A stretch of 64,000 nucleotides of DNA from Octopus bimaculoides (lineage: Eukaryota), in assembly GCF_001194135.2 (NCBI RefSeq), contig NC_068985.1, positions 71,684,130-71,748,129 on the forward strand, in the 5' to 3' direction. The notes below the pieces were generated by a model, which saw only the letters and a program-made list of their open reading frames with translations, did no database searches and was not told where the DNA came from. Both the position numbers and the translations under genes were made by a program. This document shows, piece by piece, positions 15,092 to 27,794 of the stretch (positions are counted from its first letter, which is position 1; each line of letters starts with the position of its first letter).

Positions 15092-15608
15092 CAGGGTGCG
15101 ATGGGTAGAGTGTCCTCATTTTATATTTTTGATTTCGTGTATGTACATTGTTTGGTTTTGATTTTGTCAACTACACAGTATAGTAAGGTCAGTTGGGCAC
15201 CCTCTGTGAGAAAGACAACACCATGATGCAATTCACTCTACCAGAAATTTCGAAAAGACATGCTGTACTGCCTTGCATTTGCACTGGAAGCTCCAATACA
15301 AACATTTCAGAGTGTTTGGGTGTCAATCTGAGGACAGTGCAGAGGATTCGGAAGGAGTTGGATGAGTCTAATGGTAATTACGGAGGTACAGCAGCTCGGA
15401 AAACTCACTCTGATTGCTCTGATTAGAAGAGAACTCCTGAATTTGTTGGTGAGATCCAGGCCATGATTGACCACGATCCGTCCGAGTCAATCAGGTCCAT
15501 CACCAGGAACATGGGAGTGTCTGAGTTTCTCATCAGGCAGGTAGTGCATGAAGACATTTTGTGTTCCACATACAAGATGAGAGAGGGCCAATTTTTATCC
15601 CAAACCAT
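15092..15608 (+). mobile_element. Tc1/mariner (maT-like) transposon, 5' TIR and transposase N-terminus, truncated
   Basis: TA is followed by CAGGGTG (TIR start). The frame from ATG 15223 reads MMQFTLPEISKRHAVL...NISECLGVNLRTVQRIRKEL...*KRTPEFVGEIQAMIDHDPSESIRSITRNMGVSEFLIRQVVHED...YKMREGQFLSQ, giving two HTH-like segments and one in-frame stop. A SINE follows at about 15609. Confidence 0.8.
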
Positions 15609-16336
15609 TTTGGCTGTGGTCATGCTGGAGCACTGCTTTTAGTTGAAGAAATCGACCCCTAGACTTATTCTTTGTAAGCCTGGTACTTATTCTATTCTCT
15701 TTTGCTGAACTGCTAACACACCAACATTGGTTGTCGAACGTGGAAGAACAAATGCAGGCACAGACACGCAAGTATANNNNNNNNNNNNNNNNNNNNNNNN
15801 NNNNNNNNNNNNNNNNNNNNNNNNNNNNNNNNNNNNNNNNNNNNNNNNNNNNNNNNNNNNNNNNNNNNNNNNNNNNNNNNNNNNNNNNNNNNNNNNNNNN
15901 NNNNNNNNNNNNNNNNNNNNNNNNNNNNNNNNNNNNNNNNNNNNNNNNNNNNNNNNNNNNNNNNNNNNNNNNNNNNNNNNNNNNNNNNNNNNNNNNNNNN
16001 NNNNNNNNNNNNNNNNNNNNNNNNNNNNNNNNNNNNNNNNNNNNNNNNNNNNNNNNNNNNNNNNNNNNNNNNNNNNNNNNNNNNNNNNNNNNNNNNNNNN
16101 NNNNNNNNNNNNNNNNNNNNNNNNNNNNNNNNNNNNNNNNNNNNNNNNNNNNNNNNNNNNNNNNNNNNNNNNNNNNNNNNNNNNNNNNNNNNNNNNNNNN
16201 NNNNNNNNNNNNNNNNNNNNNNNNNNNNNNNNNNNNNNNNNNNNNNNNNTGCTATATGATAGCATGTGGTAGCCAATACCCATAGTGGAGCTTAGGAATG
16301 CATGTTATAAGGTTATTACACAGGTGATGTTAAATT

Positions 16337-16399
<63 letters not shown>

Positions 16400-16743
16400 G
16401 TATGTATGTATTTATGTAAGTATGTGTGTATCTATGTACATATGTGTGTTGTGTATGTATATATATATATATATATTTATGTATGTGTTATATGTGTATG
16501 TATGCATACACATATGTATGCTTGCACATGACAACCTGCCTTGTGTTAATACCTCAGTAAAGTGCATCTGCTACCATCTGTAAAGTGAATAAATTTTAGG
16601 AAGGGCATCTGGCTAAAGAATTCATGTTACAATGGAATGTATGAGCCATACTTGGTCCTCCAACCCTTCTTTTAGGGAACGAACTTCAAATAAGTCTGTT
16701 ATAACTGAGCCAGCTTATTCTGGAACGCAAATGTAAAAATGAT

Positions 16744-17056
16744 GACAATAGATAGATATATGCGCATAAATAAATGCATATATGCGCACATATTCACAGT
16801 TATTATTAAGAAAATCTAATTCAAGACATTCGAGCTGTGACTGTCTGGTTATATATTGGACAATGTATTCTTCCTTTTAGATGTAAGTTTGAAAGTAGAT
16901 GTAAAATGAGGACAATAGATAGATATATGTGCATGCATTAATGCATGCATGCGCACATGCACAGTTATAGTCAAGAAAACCTAATTCCTGACATTCCAGC
17001 TGTGACCGTCCAATTATACTTTGGACAATGTATCTTTTCTTTTAGATGTAAGTTTG
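16744..17056. repeat. Tandem duplication of about 165 bp
   Basis: GACAATAGATAGATATATG occurs at 16744 and 16911; both units end TTTTAGATGTAAGTTTG. Confidence 0.9.
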
Positions 17057-17519
17057 TGGTTTCTGGTGAAATTTAACTACTATGTTTAGCATAGAGGTCC
17101 TCTCATTGGTTCAATGCAAACAAGTAAATAAATATGCTTGCTATCTAACAATCACCATTCACTTTATTCATTAACTCTCACACATACTCATATATATTGT
17201 ATACACACATGCACATACACTCCTCTACATATACATGCATACATATATATATATATATAAACATACATACACACACAGAATGATGCACACACATTCATGA
17301 ACAATGTATAGCTGTATGTGTGTAGGAGGTATGTTTGTTTTCATGAACCATTGAGAGAATTTGGCAAGCGGTAGAGAACTGAATGCCTCTTGGCATCATT
17401 GAAATTGTCTGCATGCCAAAATGGATGTTAAAACCAAGCTGCATTCGACACCGGATAAGCTGATCCTTACTAAGGAAGCATAACAGGATTTTCACAGTTT
17501 ACTGTTATGGTAGTGAAAG

Positions 17520-17660
17520 CTTAGAGGAAGAAGAGAAAGGAAAGTGAAGACGGGGAAGGTTAGATTGCAGAGAGACGGAGAGAAAGAAGAAAAATAGAGA
17601 GGTATGGAGGTGGAGAGCAAGAAGGAGAGAAAGAAGAAGATGAGGTGAAAAGGTAGTTAT
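17520..17660. repeat. Polypurine (G/A) low-complexity tract
   Basis: Almost exclusively A and G on the plus strand. Confidence 0.85.
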
Positions 17661-17923
17661 GAGAAGCTCAGAAATTAGTTTTGAAACTGAATAAAGGGCC
17701 ATAACATGAACATGTGAATGTATGTATGAATGTGAGTGTGTCTGTGTGTTTGCATATACGCACACGTTCAAATAAATATACATATATTTACATATTCATG
17801 ATACAGGTTTTTATTCAATCTTAAACTAATGGTATACGAGTGTGCCTGTGTGCATATATGCAAGTGTATGTAGATTGTAGATATCTATTATATCTATGAG
17901 ATATATAGATCTATATATATATA

Positions 17924-17959
<36 letters not shown>

Positions 17960-18289
17960 AAGAGATATTTATATTGTAAATGCACACACATATACACATG
18001 CATTTTACAAGAAATTGTAATATGCTGCAAACCTAAGTAAATAAATGTGAATACATTAATCGTAGTGAGAGATAAAGTTTGGCAAATGGGTGGGATGAGG
18101 TTCGGTGTGATCTAGAATGTACAGGGATCATAGCAGTGGGTGTCGGGGTTACATAAATGGAGGGTGTGGGGTTTCTTAGGTGGTGGGTGTGCACAGCAGA
18201 TTTCATTCAAACCATTTGTGGTGAGGTGTATTCTGGTTCTGACAATTGCATTCATCTACTCCCAACATACATGTTATCTCTTATTTTTT

Positions 18290-18706
18290 TGTTTTACATC
18301 TTTCAATCATTTGACTGCGGCCATGCTGGGGTACCACCTTGAAGGGTTTAGGTCAAACAAATTAACCCCCAAACTTTTTTTTAACCTAGTACTTATTCTA
18401 TCGGTTTTTCTTGATGAATTGCTAAGTTAGTTACAGGGGTGTAAACACATCAACACTGGTTGTCAAGTGGTGGTGGTGGTGGGGGCGGGGGCAAACACAT
18501 ACAAAAAGACACAGACACACACACACACACACATATATATAGGACAGGCTTCTCTTAGCTACTGTCTATCAAATCCATTCACAAAGCTTTGGTCAGACTA
18601 AGGCTATAGTAGAAGACACTTGCCCAAGGTGCCATGCAGTGGGACTGAACCCGGAACCATGTGGTTAGGAAGCAAGCTTCTTGCCACATAGGCACACCTG
18701 TACCTA
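18290..18706 (-). mobile_element. SINE family A copy
   Basis: Reverse complement of family A, including the tRNA-like head at about 18620-18700. Confidence 0.8.
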
Positions 18707-19823
18707 TATAATCGTTGTGTTAATGGGGAGCCTCTTTGTGGTTGATTGACCTGCTAGAAATGGCACTCATATCTTGTTCAGCTAATCTTCTGCTTTCTTA
18801 AATTTGAGGCATTTAAACCAGCCATATCCAGTATGCCCAGATATTCTCCCTGTTTTATGTTCAGACCTGTCAGCTCTGGCCTCTCACACTCATTCTGCTA
18901 TGTCATACTAAAAATACACAATCACATTGTCAAAATCTTAAAGCTATGAGATAAATCCAAAATGATAAATCCAAAATAATGTGAATAGATAAGCATTACA
19001 TTTGATAGAGTAATCTGAATGCTAAAGAGTTAGAAAAAACAGGCTGACATTGGAAAATGGCATCCTGAGTCCAATCCACAAGGGTAAAAGACGAGATGGT
19101 CACAACAATAAATATGGTGGCCAAATTTCCCTTAACCCTTTAGCATTCAAACCGTCCGTATCCAGCCCAAATATTCTCCCTGTTTTATTTATGTTCAAAC
19201 TGACCAAATTCAGCCTCTCACTCCTACCAAACATTGCCATTCTAACCATAAACAGTCATGTCATTGAAATCTAGAAGCTACATGGTAATACATGAGTAAT
19301 TCAAAATAAAGTGTGGTGCGACGTAAAATGCACTCTTGTCAGTGCCACATAAAAAGCACCCTGGGCATTCTGTAAAGAAGTTGACATTAGGAAGGGCATC
19401 CAACAACAGAAAACATGCCAAAACAGACAATTGGAGTCTGGCCAGCTCCTGCCAGACTGTCCAACTCATGCCAGCATTGAAAACAGATGTTAAACGATGA
19501 TGATCTTCATTACATTTGACAGAATAATCTGAATGTCAATGGATTAACTCACATAATACCATCTCAAGAGAACATTTTGGATGATGTGGCCCTTTGTTCA
19601 TTGCATGTGGGAAAAGTGGTGGAATGGCTACAGCTGTATGTCTTTTATGATAGGGCTGCTCAATCAGAGCTGACTTGGAAGAAAATGNNNNNNNNNNCAC
19701 TCAATAAACCAAAAAAAAAAAAAAAGAATAAAAAGGAATAAGGAAACTTCTGATTTGCTGTAGGTCACCACTGATTAAACAACCTCTGTTCAAAGGCATT
19801 CTGCTCACTGTAGCAGTGAATAC

Positions 19824-19968
19824 CTCAGGCGTTCTTGAACTGTAGAACAATAGTGCTCATCACTATTGGAGCAGAGATGGTTATCTGCAAGTGTGAGCCC
19901 TGGCTGTTCCATTGCAACTCTTTTGCCAGTCCTCTTTTGCATTTTGTCTGCTAGGACCATGAGGCCAT
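19824..19968 (-). CDS. Candidate internal exon (145 nt, phase 1 to 2)
   Basis: Acceptor ttctctcaatttcctgtaattcag|, donor GAG|gtattc; open frame GLMVLADKMQKRTGKRVAMEQPGLTLADNHLCSNSDEHYCSTVQERL; non-repetitive, with raised GC. Confidence 0.35.
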
Positions 19969-22900
19969 CTGAATTACAGGAAATTGAGAGAATGTAAGAA
20001 TTTCATAGCTTAGCTACATGAACAATAAACTTCTAGCCAAGACCATGCAGTTTTTTATTAGCAAATCTTTATCTTAAAACATGGGAATGTTAGCTGAGGG
20101 AATGTAGCTGCTATTTCTAGCCAGCTGAGTAACCATGTAGAGGCTTCTTTGTTTAAAGGAAAAGGAACTAGTGGATGTGATGGGTAGCTGAGGAAAACTA
20201 TATTTATATGTAATGAACTATTTCATTTTCAGGGTTAACTAGCAAGTCTAGAAACCTATTTCTGTATAGTTATGTATAATTTGTCTGTAGGTTTGTTCGT
20301 ATGTATGCTTATATGTGTATGTTATTTGTGTGTGAGCATGCACATATGTGTATGTGTGTACATGTGTCTATGTAGGTGAATTTGTATTACATTTGCAGAA
20401 CTGTGGTGACTTTAAACCCGTTGCTGTATGTATGTATGTATGTATGTATGTGTGTGTGTATAATTCTTTCTGTGATGGTTATATATGTATGTTTTTCATG
20501 TGTGTAAACGTTTGTATACATGCGTGTATTTATCTGTATGTGTGTGAATATTTATTTGTCTGCTTGTGTGTGTTTGTATGTAGATGAATTGCATTGGCAG
20601 AGCTAACTGAGGGGAGTTCAGATGGAGACCCATTGATTGGATGTGTGTGTGTGTGTGCATGCGCGCGTTTGTCTCTTTGGAAGTAATGGGTGGGTGGGGA
20701 TAGGGTGTAGTGTTCATATGTAACAGAAGAGGGAGTGGGGTAACATCTTATCCTGCTTCCTACCATAAGGGTTGTTTATAAGAGAAATGACATATAAAAA
20801 AAAATTAGATAATGAATAAGAAGCTAAAAAAATATAAAACTATTGAGATTCCACCACCACCACCACCACTCGCTCCGTCTTCATTGAGATTATTTGGTAT
20901 TGTTCTTTATTATTGTTGTTGTTTATGTTGTTTTGTTGCTAATGTTGCGAATACATTCAGCAGTTTTGCGATTGTCATTCTTATAACAGTCATCATCATC
21001 ATCATTGCCATCCTACTACTGTTTTTAGGGGAAAAAGAAGAAGCAGACTCCTTTTTTTCCTTTCATGACTGACACCATCTCCAACATCACCTGAGATAAC
21101 AAGGTAACTTCTCTGAGATTGCTTAACTTCATAGAAATAGCAGCCAAATCTCTCTCAAGTCACTCACTTCTACCTTAATGTTTTAGCATTCAGATTACTC
21201 TTATTGTTTTAAATTAATCAAGCATTATCTTTTAATTTTGAGATTTTGATGATGTGATTGTTTATTTTTAGACTAAACATTGCAGGGTAGGTGTAAGAAG
21301 CCAGATCCAGCTAATTTGAGCATGAAACAAATAGATTGTTTGGGCCTCATATGGTCAGTTTAAATGCTAAAGGTTTAAAGGGTAGTGTGGTCTTGGGTTC
21401 ATTGCACATAGGAAAAAGTTGAGATGGTGATGACCAGAATGCCCTACTCGATCAGGGCTTACCTGCAGGGCTAAATAATGAGTATTGCAACCATTGCTAT
21501 CATCACTGAGTTTATGAGTTGTTAGATAAAGCAGCCAAATCTCCTAAAGTCCTAAATATTCCCACAAAGGCTGGATGGTCATGGTTGAAATGTCTTTGAT
21601 CATAAATAAGCTCAGTTTAATCAGTTGTCCTGGAGCTAAACAACATCATCACCACCCTACCAGCAAATACCTTATTGATATTAGACATTAAGTGAAGGTA
21701 ATGAGCTGGCAGAATTATTTGCACTGAGGACAAAATGCTTGGCAGCATTTCGTCCGTCTTGTTCAAATGATTCTGCCAATTCGCTTTCCTAATAAGGCAT
21801 TTCGTCCAACATTCTTGGTGTCAATTATCCTACATTACATACCATAATGACTTACTACCACACACTACTTAATGTTTAATATTGGTTTCAAATTTTTGGC
21901 TCAAGGCCAGCAATTTTGCGGGAGAGATTAAGTCAATTACATCGACCACAGTGTTCACCTGGTTTTAGTTTTATTGACCCTCAAAGGATAAAAGGCAAAG
22001 TCAACCTCGGCAAAATTTAAACTTAGAACCTAAAGACGGATGAAATGCTTCTAAGCATTTTGCACAACATGCTAATGATTCTCCTAGCTCACTACCTTCT
22101 ATCTCTGACTACTTTATCAAACATACTCTGTTCTTTATTAAGATGGATGGGTGTGATTGTAGGGAGATTTGACTATCAATTTTACCATGTCAAACTAAAG
22201 GTTTCTTTCAAAGGCTCATTTGGTTTTTCTCATTGGCTTAATTATGTTAATTCACTGGCTTTAGTATTTGAAAGCTAAGAAAACAAATTTAGTGCCAGAC
22301 ATCAGCCAAAATTACATGTTCATTTTCAACTGCTAGATATCCTGTAACTTAACAGTGCTGTAAGAACTATAATTATGAATCTTCTAATTTTAATTATTTC
22401 TTCATCTTGATTAACTTCCAGACAAGTAGAGGGTATCATGTGACACGATCACATGACTGAACTATCTAACTTCATTCCTATGGTGCCATTTTGTCTCTGA
22501 AGTGGATTTTGGAACAAGTACTCATTAGCCCATACTCTGGCTTATATACACTCTGACCATGATGTGTACATATATAAAAACCATGATGACAATATGTGTA
22601 TTTGTGTTTGTATAACATGTGGATATGTATCTGTACACATGTATGTGTGTGTACATGTATATATGTATTTGTCAGTATGAATGTATGAGTGATTTATGTT
22701 GCATGTGTGCTTGCTTCTTTCTGTCACATGATGTTGAGAGAGAGAAACACAGGATACACAAATACACACACACACACACACGTGCACACACACACATGCA
22801 CACACACACACATGTGTGTGTGTATATACATACAAAGAAAAGTATGTAATGACCACTATTTTTAACTTTTTATACATATATATATATCGTGAAGTATATT

Positions 22901-23201
22901 TGCCACCTAAATGTGGCTGACCCATTTGGGATGATACTGTAGTTTATAGCCCCAAGAGGATATCTCCTCCTGCTGGCTACCGACACACTTTCTGTATACA
23001 TATATATATATTGCCACACACATACATATATATAGAACCACACACACACATATATATACATATGTAGGAAAAAAGAAGTTGAAAATGCACTGAGAATAGT
23101 TAAAATAGTTTTTATTAATATATTTAAAGCTTTAACCGGTTTCACAATTTACACTGATTTTCAAAGAGTTCAAATAGAAATACGTGGCTTATGTTGCAAC
23201 T

Positions 23202-23680
23202 GTCTTGTTTCTGACTAGTAGGGAGTTCATGGCTCAAATTAGTATGTTTTGAATAGGATTGTATGTTGTAATAAAGGCTAGAGTTTTGGATGTATCTGGA
23301 CCGTTTTTCATAGTTCTTCGATATTTGTTGCTTTAGCACGTTCTATTCCATTGTCTTTTGTGTAGTACGTGTTTTAGTTCTTGGAGTCTTTTATTGCGAG
23401 TTTCAGAGTTTGAGACAATTGTGCAGATTCTTCTTGCTAGATGAAAGGGAATATTATTCTTTGTGTGTTTGGGATGGCATGAGGAGAACAGTAAGTGTTG
23501 TTTAGAATCTGTTTGTAGTGAATATCTGTTTCAATGTTTTTATCTCTTTTGATGATTAGTATATCCAGGAACACTAGTTGAGTTTTATTATATTCCATGG
23601 TAAAGTTGATATTATCGTTTATGCTGTTGATTAGACTTTTGAAATGTATAAGTTCTTCAAATTTGTCTGGCCATCCCACT
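23202..23680 (-). mobile_element. Penelope-like retroelement, RT C-terminus/thumb fragment (decayed, inverted)
   Basis: Minus-strand translation: GWPDKFEELIHFKSLINSINDNINFTMEYNKTQLVFLDILII...[frameshift]DSKQHLLFSSCHPKHTKNNIPFHLARRICTIVS...LAFITTYNP. This matches the PLE RT/thumb pattern (I.FT.E...L.FLD; S.HP.H.K..IP). Confidence 0.85.
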
Positions 23681-24233
23681 ACTAAAACAAGACTCAAGAA
23701 TGAAACAAGCTTTCGAAATACACAAAATAATCAGGAGTAAAAGACAAAGTCCCTCAAAAAATTCCTCACAAGTGCTAAATTACCTTCCACAACTCCTACA
23801 CTGACAGTCAAAAAGTGTGGCTGCCCCAATTGCAGGACTTGCATCAATCTCATTGAAGACACAACATATAAATTCAAATCAGGACAGATTTTTACCATAA
23901 AAAATCACTTTACATGTTCTTCAAGGAATTTAATATATGTTATCAAATAGCAAGGTTGTAATGAAGATTGCATAGGTCAAATTAAGCTTACTCTAAGAAA
24001 TAGACTGACCATTCACCGACAACAAATACAAGACCTCAGTACTAGACAAATTCCACTGAGTGGACACATAGACAAATGTGCAAAAAATAAGTCCCCCAAG
24101 TTCCAGGTCTTCCCAATCTACCTATCTTCAGCGAATGCCACAGATGAAACACAGATAAACAAAGAAAATACTTTCATACAAAAGTACAAATGAAGACTTA
24201 AACTTTAATAGAGCACATACGCAAATTGCCATT
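23675..24233 (+). mobile_element. Penelope-like retroelement, linker and GIY-YIG endonuclease fragment (decayed)
   Basis: Plus-strand translation: PLLKQDSRMKQAFEIHKIIRSKRQ...KKCGCPNCRTCINL...FTCSSRNLIYVIK*QGCNEDCIGQIKLTLRNRLTIHRQQI...LSGHIDKC. This is the PLE Cys/His motif plus a degenerate GIY-YIG; the 3' end runs into a gap. Confidence 0.85.
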
Positions 24234-24751
24234 NNNNNNNNNNNNNNNNNNNNNNNNNNNNNNNNNNNNNNNNNNNNNNNNNNNNNNNNNNNNNNNNNNN
24301 NNNNNNNNNNNNNNNNNNNNNNNNNNNNNNNNNNNNNNNNNNNNNNNNNNNNNNNNNNNNNNNNNNNNNNNNNNNNNNNNNNNNNNNNNNNNNNNNNNNN
24401 NNNNNNNNNNNNNNNNNNNNNNNNNNNNNNNNNNNNNNNNNNNNNNNNNNNNNNNNNNNNNNNNNNNNNNNNNNNNNNNNNNNNNNNNNNNNNNNNNNNN
24501 NNNNNNNNNNNNNNNNNNNNNNNNNNNNNNNNNNNNNNNNNNNNNNNNNNNNNNNNNNNNNNNNNNNNNNNNNNNNNNNNNNNNNNNNNNNNNNNNNNNN
24601 NNNNNNNNNNNNNNNNNNNNNNNNNNNNNNNNNNNNNNNNNNNNNNNNNNNNNNNNNNNNNNNNNNNNNNNNNNNNNNNNNNNNNNNNNNNNNNNNNNNN
24701 NNNNNNNNNNNNNNNNNNNNNNNNNNNNNNNNNNNNNNNNNNNNNNNNNNN

Positions 24752-24787
<36 letters not shown>

Positions 24788-25619
24788 TCATACACACACG
24801 TGCAAAGGTATATGACACAAACATGCATAAAGCTTTGTGTGTATGTGTGGGCATATGTATGTGTGTGTGTGTGTTTTGTCTCTGTCTTAAACATCTAGTG
24901 AAGATAAGGAGACACTAATGCTCTGACAGATATATTTACATATATATCTACATGCAACTACTACTATACATGTGTACATATTTATGTACTTGTGTTTACT
25001 CAAGATAACTTGAAATAGGATTATTTTTGTAAGAAATTACGCCATGCTAAATATTATAACAGATATTTAAAAAGAAGCCTGAAGTGTAACTCCTGCCTTT
25101 GATGTAATAGATTTTTTTTTTTTCATTTCTACGTGTGTATATCAGAATTTGTATGTGAGTGCCTAAGATGCTGGAGTGGCTGCTTGGTTACAAAATATGC
25201 TCCTCAACCTCATGGTTCTAGCTATGATCCTACTGTGCATCACCTTCAGCGTGTCTTTTACAATAACTTCCAAATTTTGACCAAGAAATTGTGAGTAGAA
25301 TTCAATAGAAACTTCTCAACAGTGAATTGTATACCTTCATATCTTTTATCTTTTTACTTGTTTTAGTCACTAGACTGTGGCCATGCTGACTAAAAATTCA
25401 AATGTGGTGTACCTTGAATTTTTAGTCGAATTAATCGACCCCCCCCCCCCCAGTAGTTATTCTATCAGTCTTTTTAGCCAAACTGCTAAGTTGCAAGTAC
25501 ATAAACACACCAATACCAGTTGTCAAGTGGTGGTGGTGGGGAACAAACACAGGCACAAAGACAGACCTAGGAAGACTGAAGCAAGTTCCATTCTCATAGG
25601 ATTTGACTTCAGAGTTTAA

Positions 25620-25841
25620 CCCTTTCATTACCATATCCATTTAAAATACATGGCCTTTGTTTCAATTAATTTTAGGACAATGAAAAATTTAGTAAAATAA
25701 CATGATCATTATTAAACTAGATTTTGGAACACAAATTAACATGAAATTTTAATGAAAGGTTTTAATTTACATCACTTTAAAACAGTAAGTTGGTATGAAA
25801 GAGGCAGGTGCGATCTGAGGTGGGTTGGTATTTTAAAAGGG
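25620..25841. mobile_element. piggyBac-type MITE (family 2)
   Basis: TTAA|CCCTTTCATTACC...GGTATTTTAAAAGGG|CTAA; a second copy at about 61590-61814 ends AAGGG|TTAA. Confidence 0.65.
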
Positions 25842-27750
25842 CTAAATTGATGAAAATGTTTAATGAGTGTAATTTTCTCTGATATTCTGCTAACTTATCC
25901 AATGTACAGTCTTTCTGAGCAGAAAATTTTGAGCATCATTATCCCATCATATGCAATGCAGTGTAGTCTTTGTACTGGCTTTCTACACTCTAAGTTCAAA
26001 TTCCACTGGAGTCAGTTTTATATTTTATGCTTTCAGAATAAGTAAAATTTGAGTTCAGGATAGTGAAATTGTTAAAGCATTGGCTATGATGCTTTATCTG
26101 TTCTAACTGTTGGCTTTCTTTTGTGTAGATGTCAGTTGCCAAAAGTTATTATCTAACCATTTATATACTCCATCCAACCTAAATTTGACCAGATTGGATA
26201 GTTAAGTCTTGCAACTAGCATAGATAAGCCAGCAACATTATGCTGAGGTTTTTATCCACTAGTAGAGAGATTCTAGCTAAATGCAAGCAGATGATATTAA
26301 TTGCCTGAAAATTTATAATCTTAGAGGTGGGGGAGAAAAAAAAAGGAAAGGAAAGAATAAAAATCATAGGAAGGATATTTTCTGAAGTTCATTATACTGT
26401 TTTGTGAGGCATAGACTGATTGCTAAAGCAAAAGAATTGATGCTGTGTAGAATATTATCAATTTTAAATTGAATTTGTTTTCAAAGTAGTCACATACAGA
26501 GATCTGTCTAATATGCCACTTATGTTGCACTATGGATGGATGAACATCAAATATATCACTTTAACCAATCTAAGAGAATCAACTAAGGTCATTGGCATCC
26601 CTACTTCTTCCTCCTTACCAAATGATATTAAAGAGAGAAAGAAAAGATGTATATTCTCAAGAACCCTTTCAATATTTCATAGAAAGTATACTCTTTTAAC
26701 AAACTTATTAAAGTACACAGTTGCTATCTCAACTAATTTACTGTAGTTTATTATCAAAATGTTCAACATACATATTTATATAATAAACATACTAAATACA
26801 AAGTTCTTTATTATCATCACCATCATCATCATTATTATTATTATTATTTAATTTACTGCAAAATTTATTATCAGTTTGATTAACATGTTTATATGATATC
26901 TCGGGTAACTGGTGTTGCTCTAGTACCTATATGGAGAGGTAGTTTTGTTAAAGTAAACAGCTTATTATGAGATTTTTGTTTAGTTGCTTTTGTATATGAT
27001 TAAATTTGCATATGTGTACAAACATACACATGTACATATATATANNNNNNNNNNNNNNNNNNNNNNNNNNNNNNNNNNNNNNNNNNNNNNNNNNNNNNNN
27101 NNNNNNNNNNNNNNNNNNNNNNNNNNNNNNNNNNNNNNNNNNNNNNNNNNNNNNNNNNNNNNNNNNNNNNNNNNNNNNNNNNNNNNNNNNNNNNNNNNNN
27201 NNNAAACTTGGTTAAGGTTTTCTCTCTACAGATATTCTATAGAAATTATTACCAGCACTGATTTTTGCGACTACGTTTGGTATACGAGACATCAGATATA
27301 AACAAACAATGAGATTGAAGATGAAAAATGTGTAATGGCACATGTGCCATATTTCGGAGGTTTTTGCTCCTTCATTGGCACCCATCTAACCCCTTAATCA
27401 TCCTCAAATACATTGCTTAGATGCACAGTATTGACTTCTTAAAATGTTTAATATACTTTATTATCACAGATTGGAGCCTGGTGTAGCCATCTGGTTTCAC
27501 CAGTCCTCGGTCAAATCGCCCAACCCATGCTAACATGGAAAGCGGACGTTAAACGATGATGATGATGATGATGATGATGATCATGGTTGCATAACAAAAT
27601 AGGAAGTTAAATATTTTTAAATGAGTAATCTTAATAGTGTTCTAGTATATACTATACTTAACCATCTCAGAAAGCTGAATGAGAATGTGTGGGTGTATAA
27701 GAAAGAGAGGAGATGGCAAGTAAGAGACTTATAGATAGAAAGTGAAAGCT

Positions 27751-27794
<44 letters not shown>

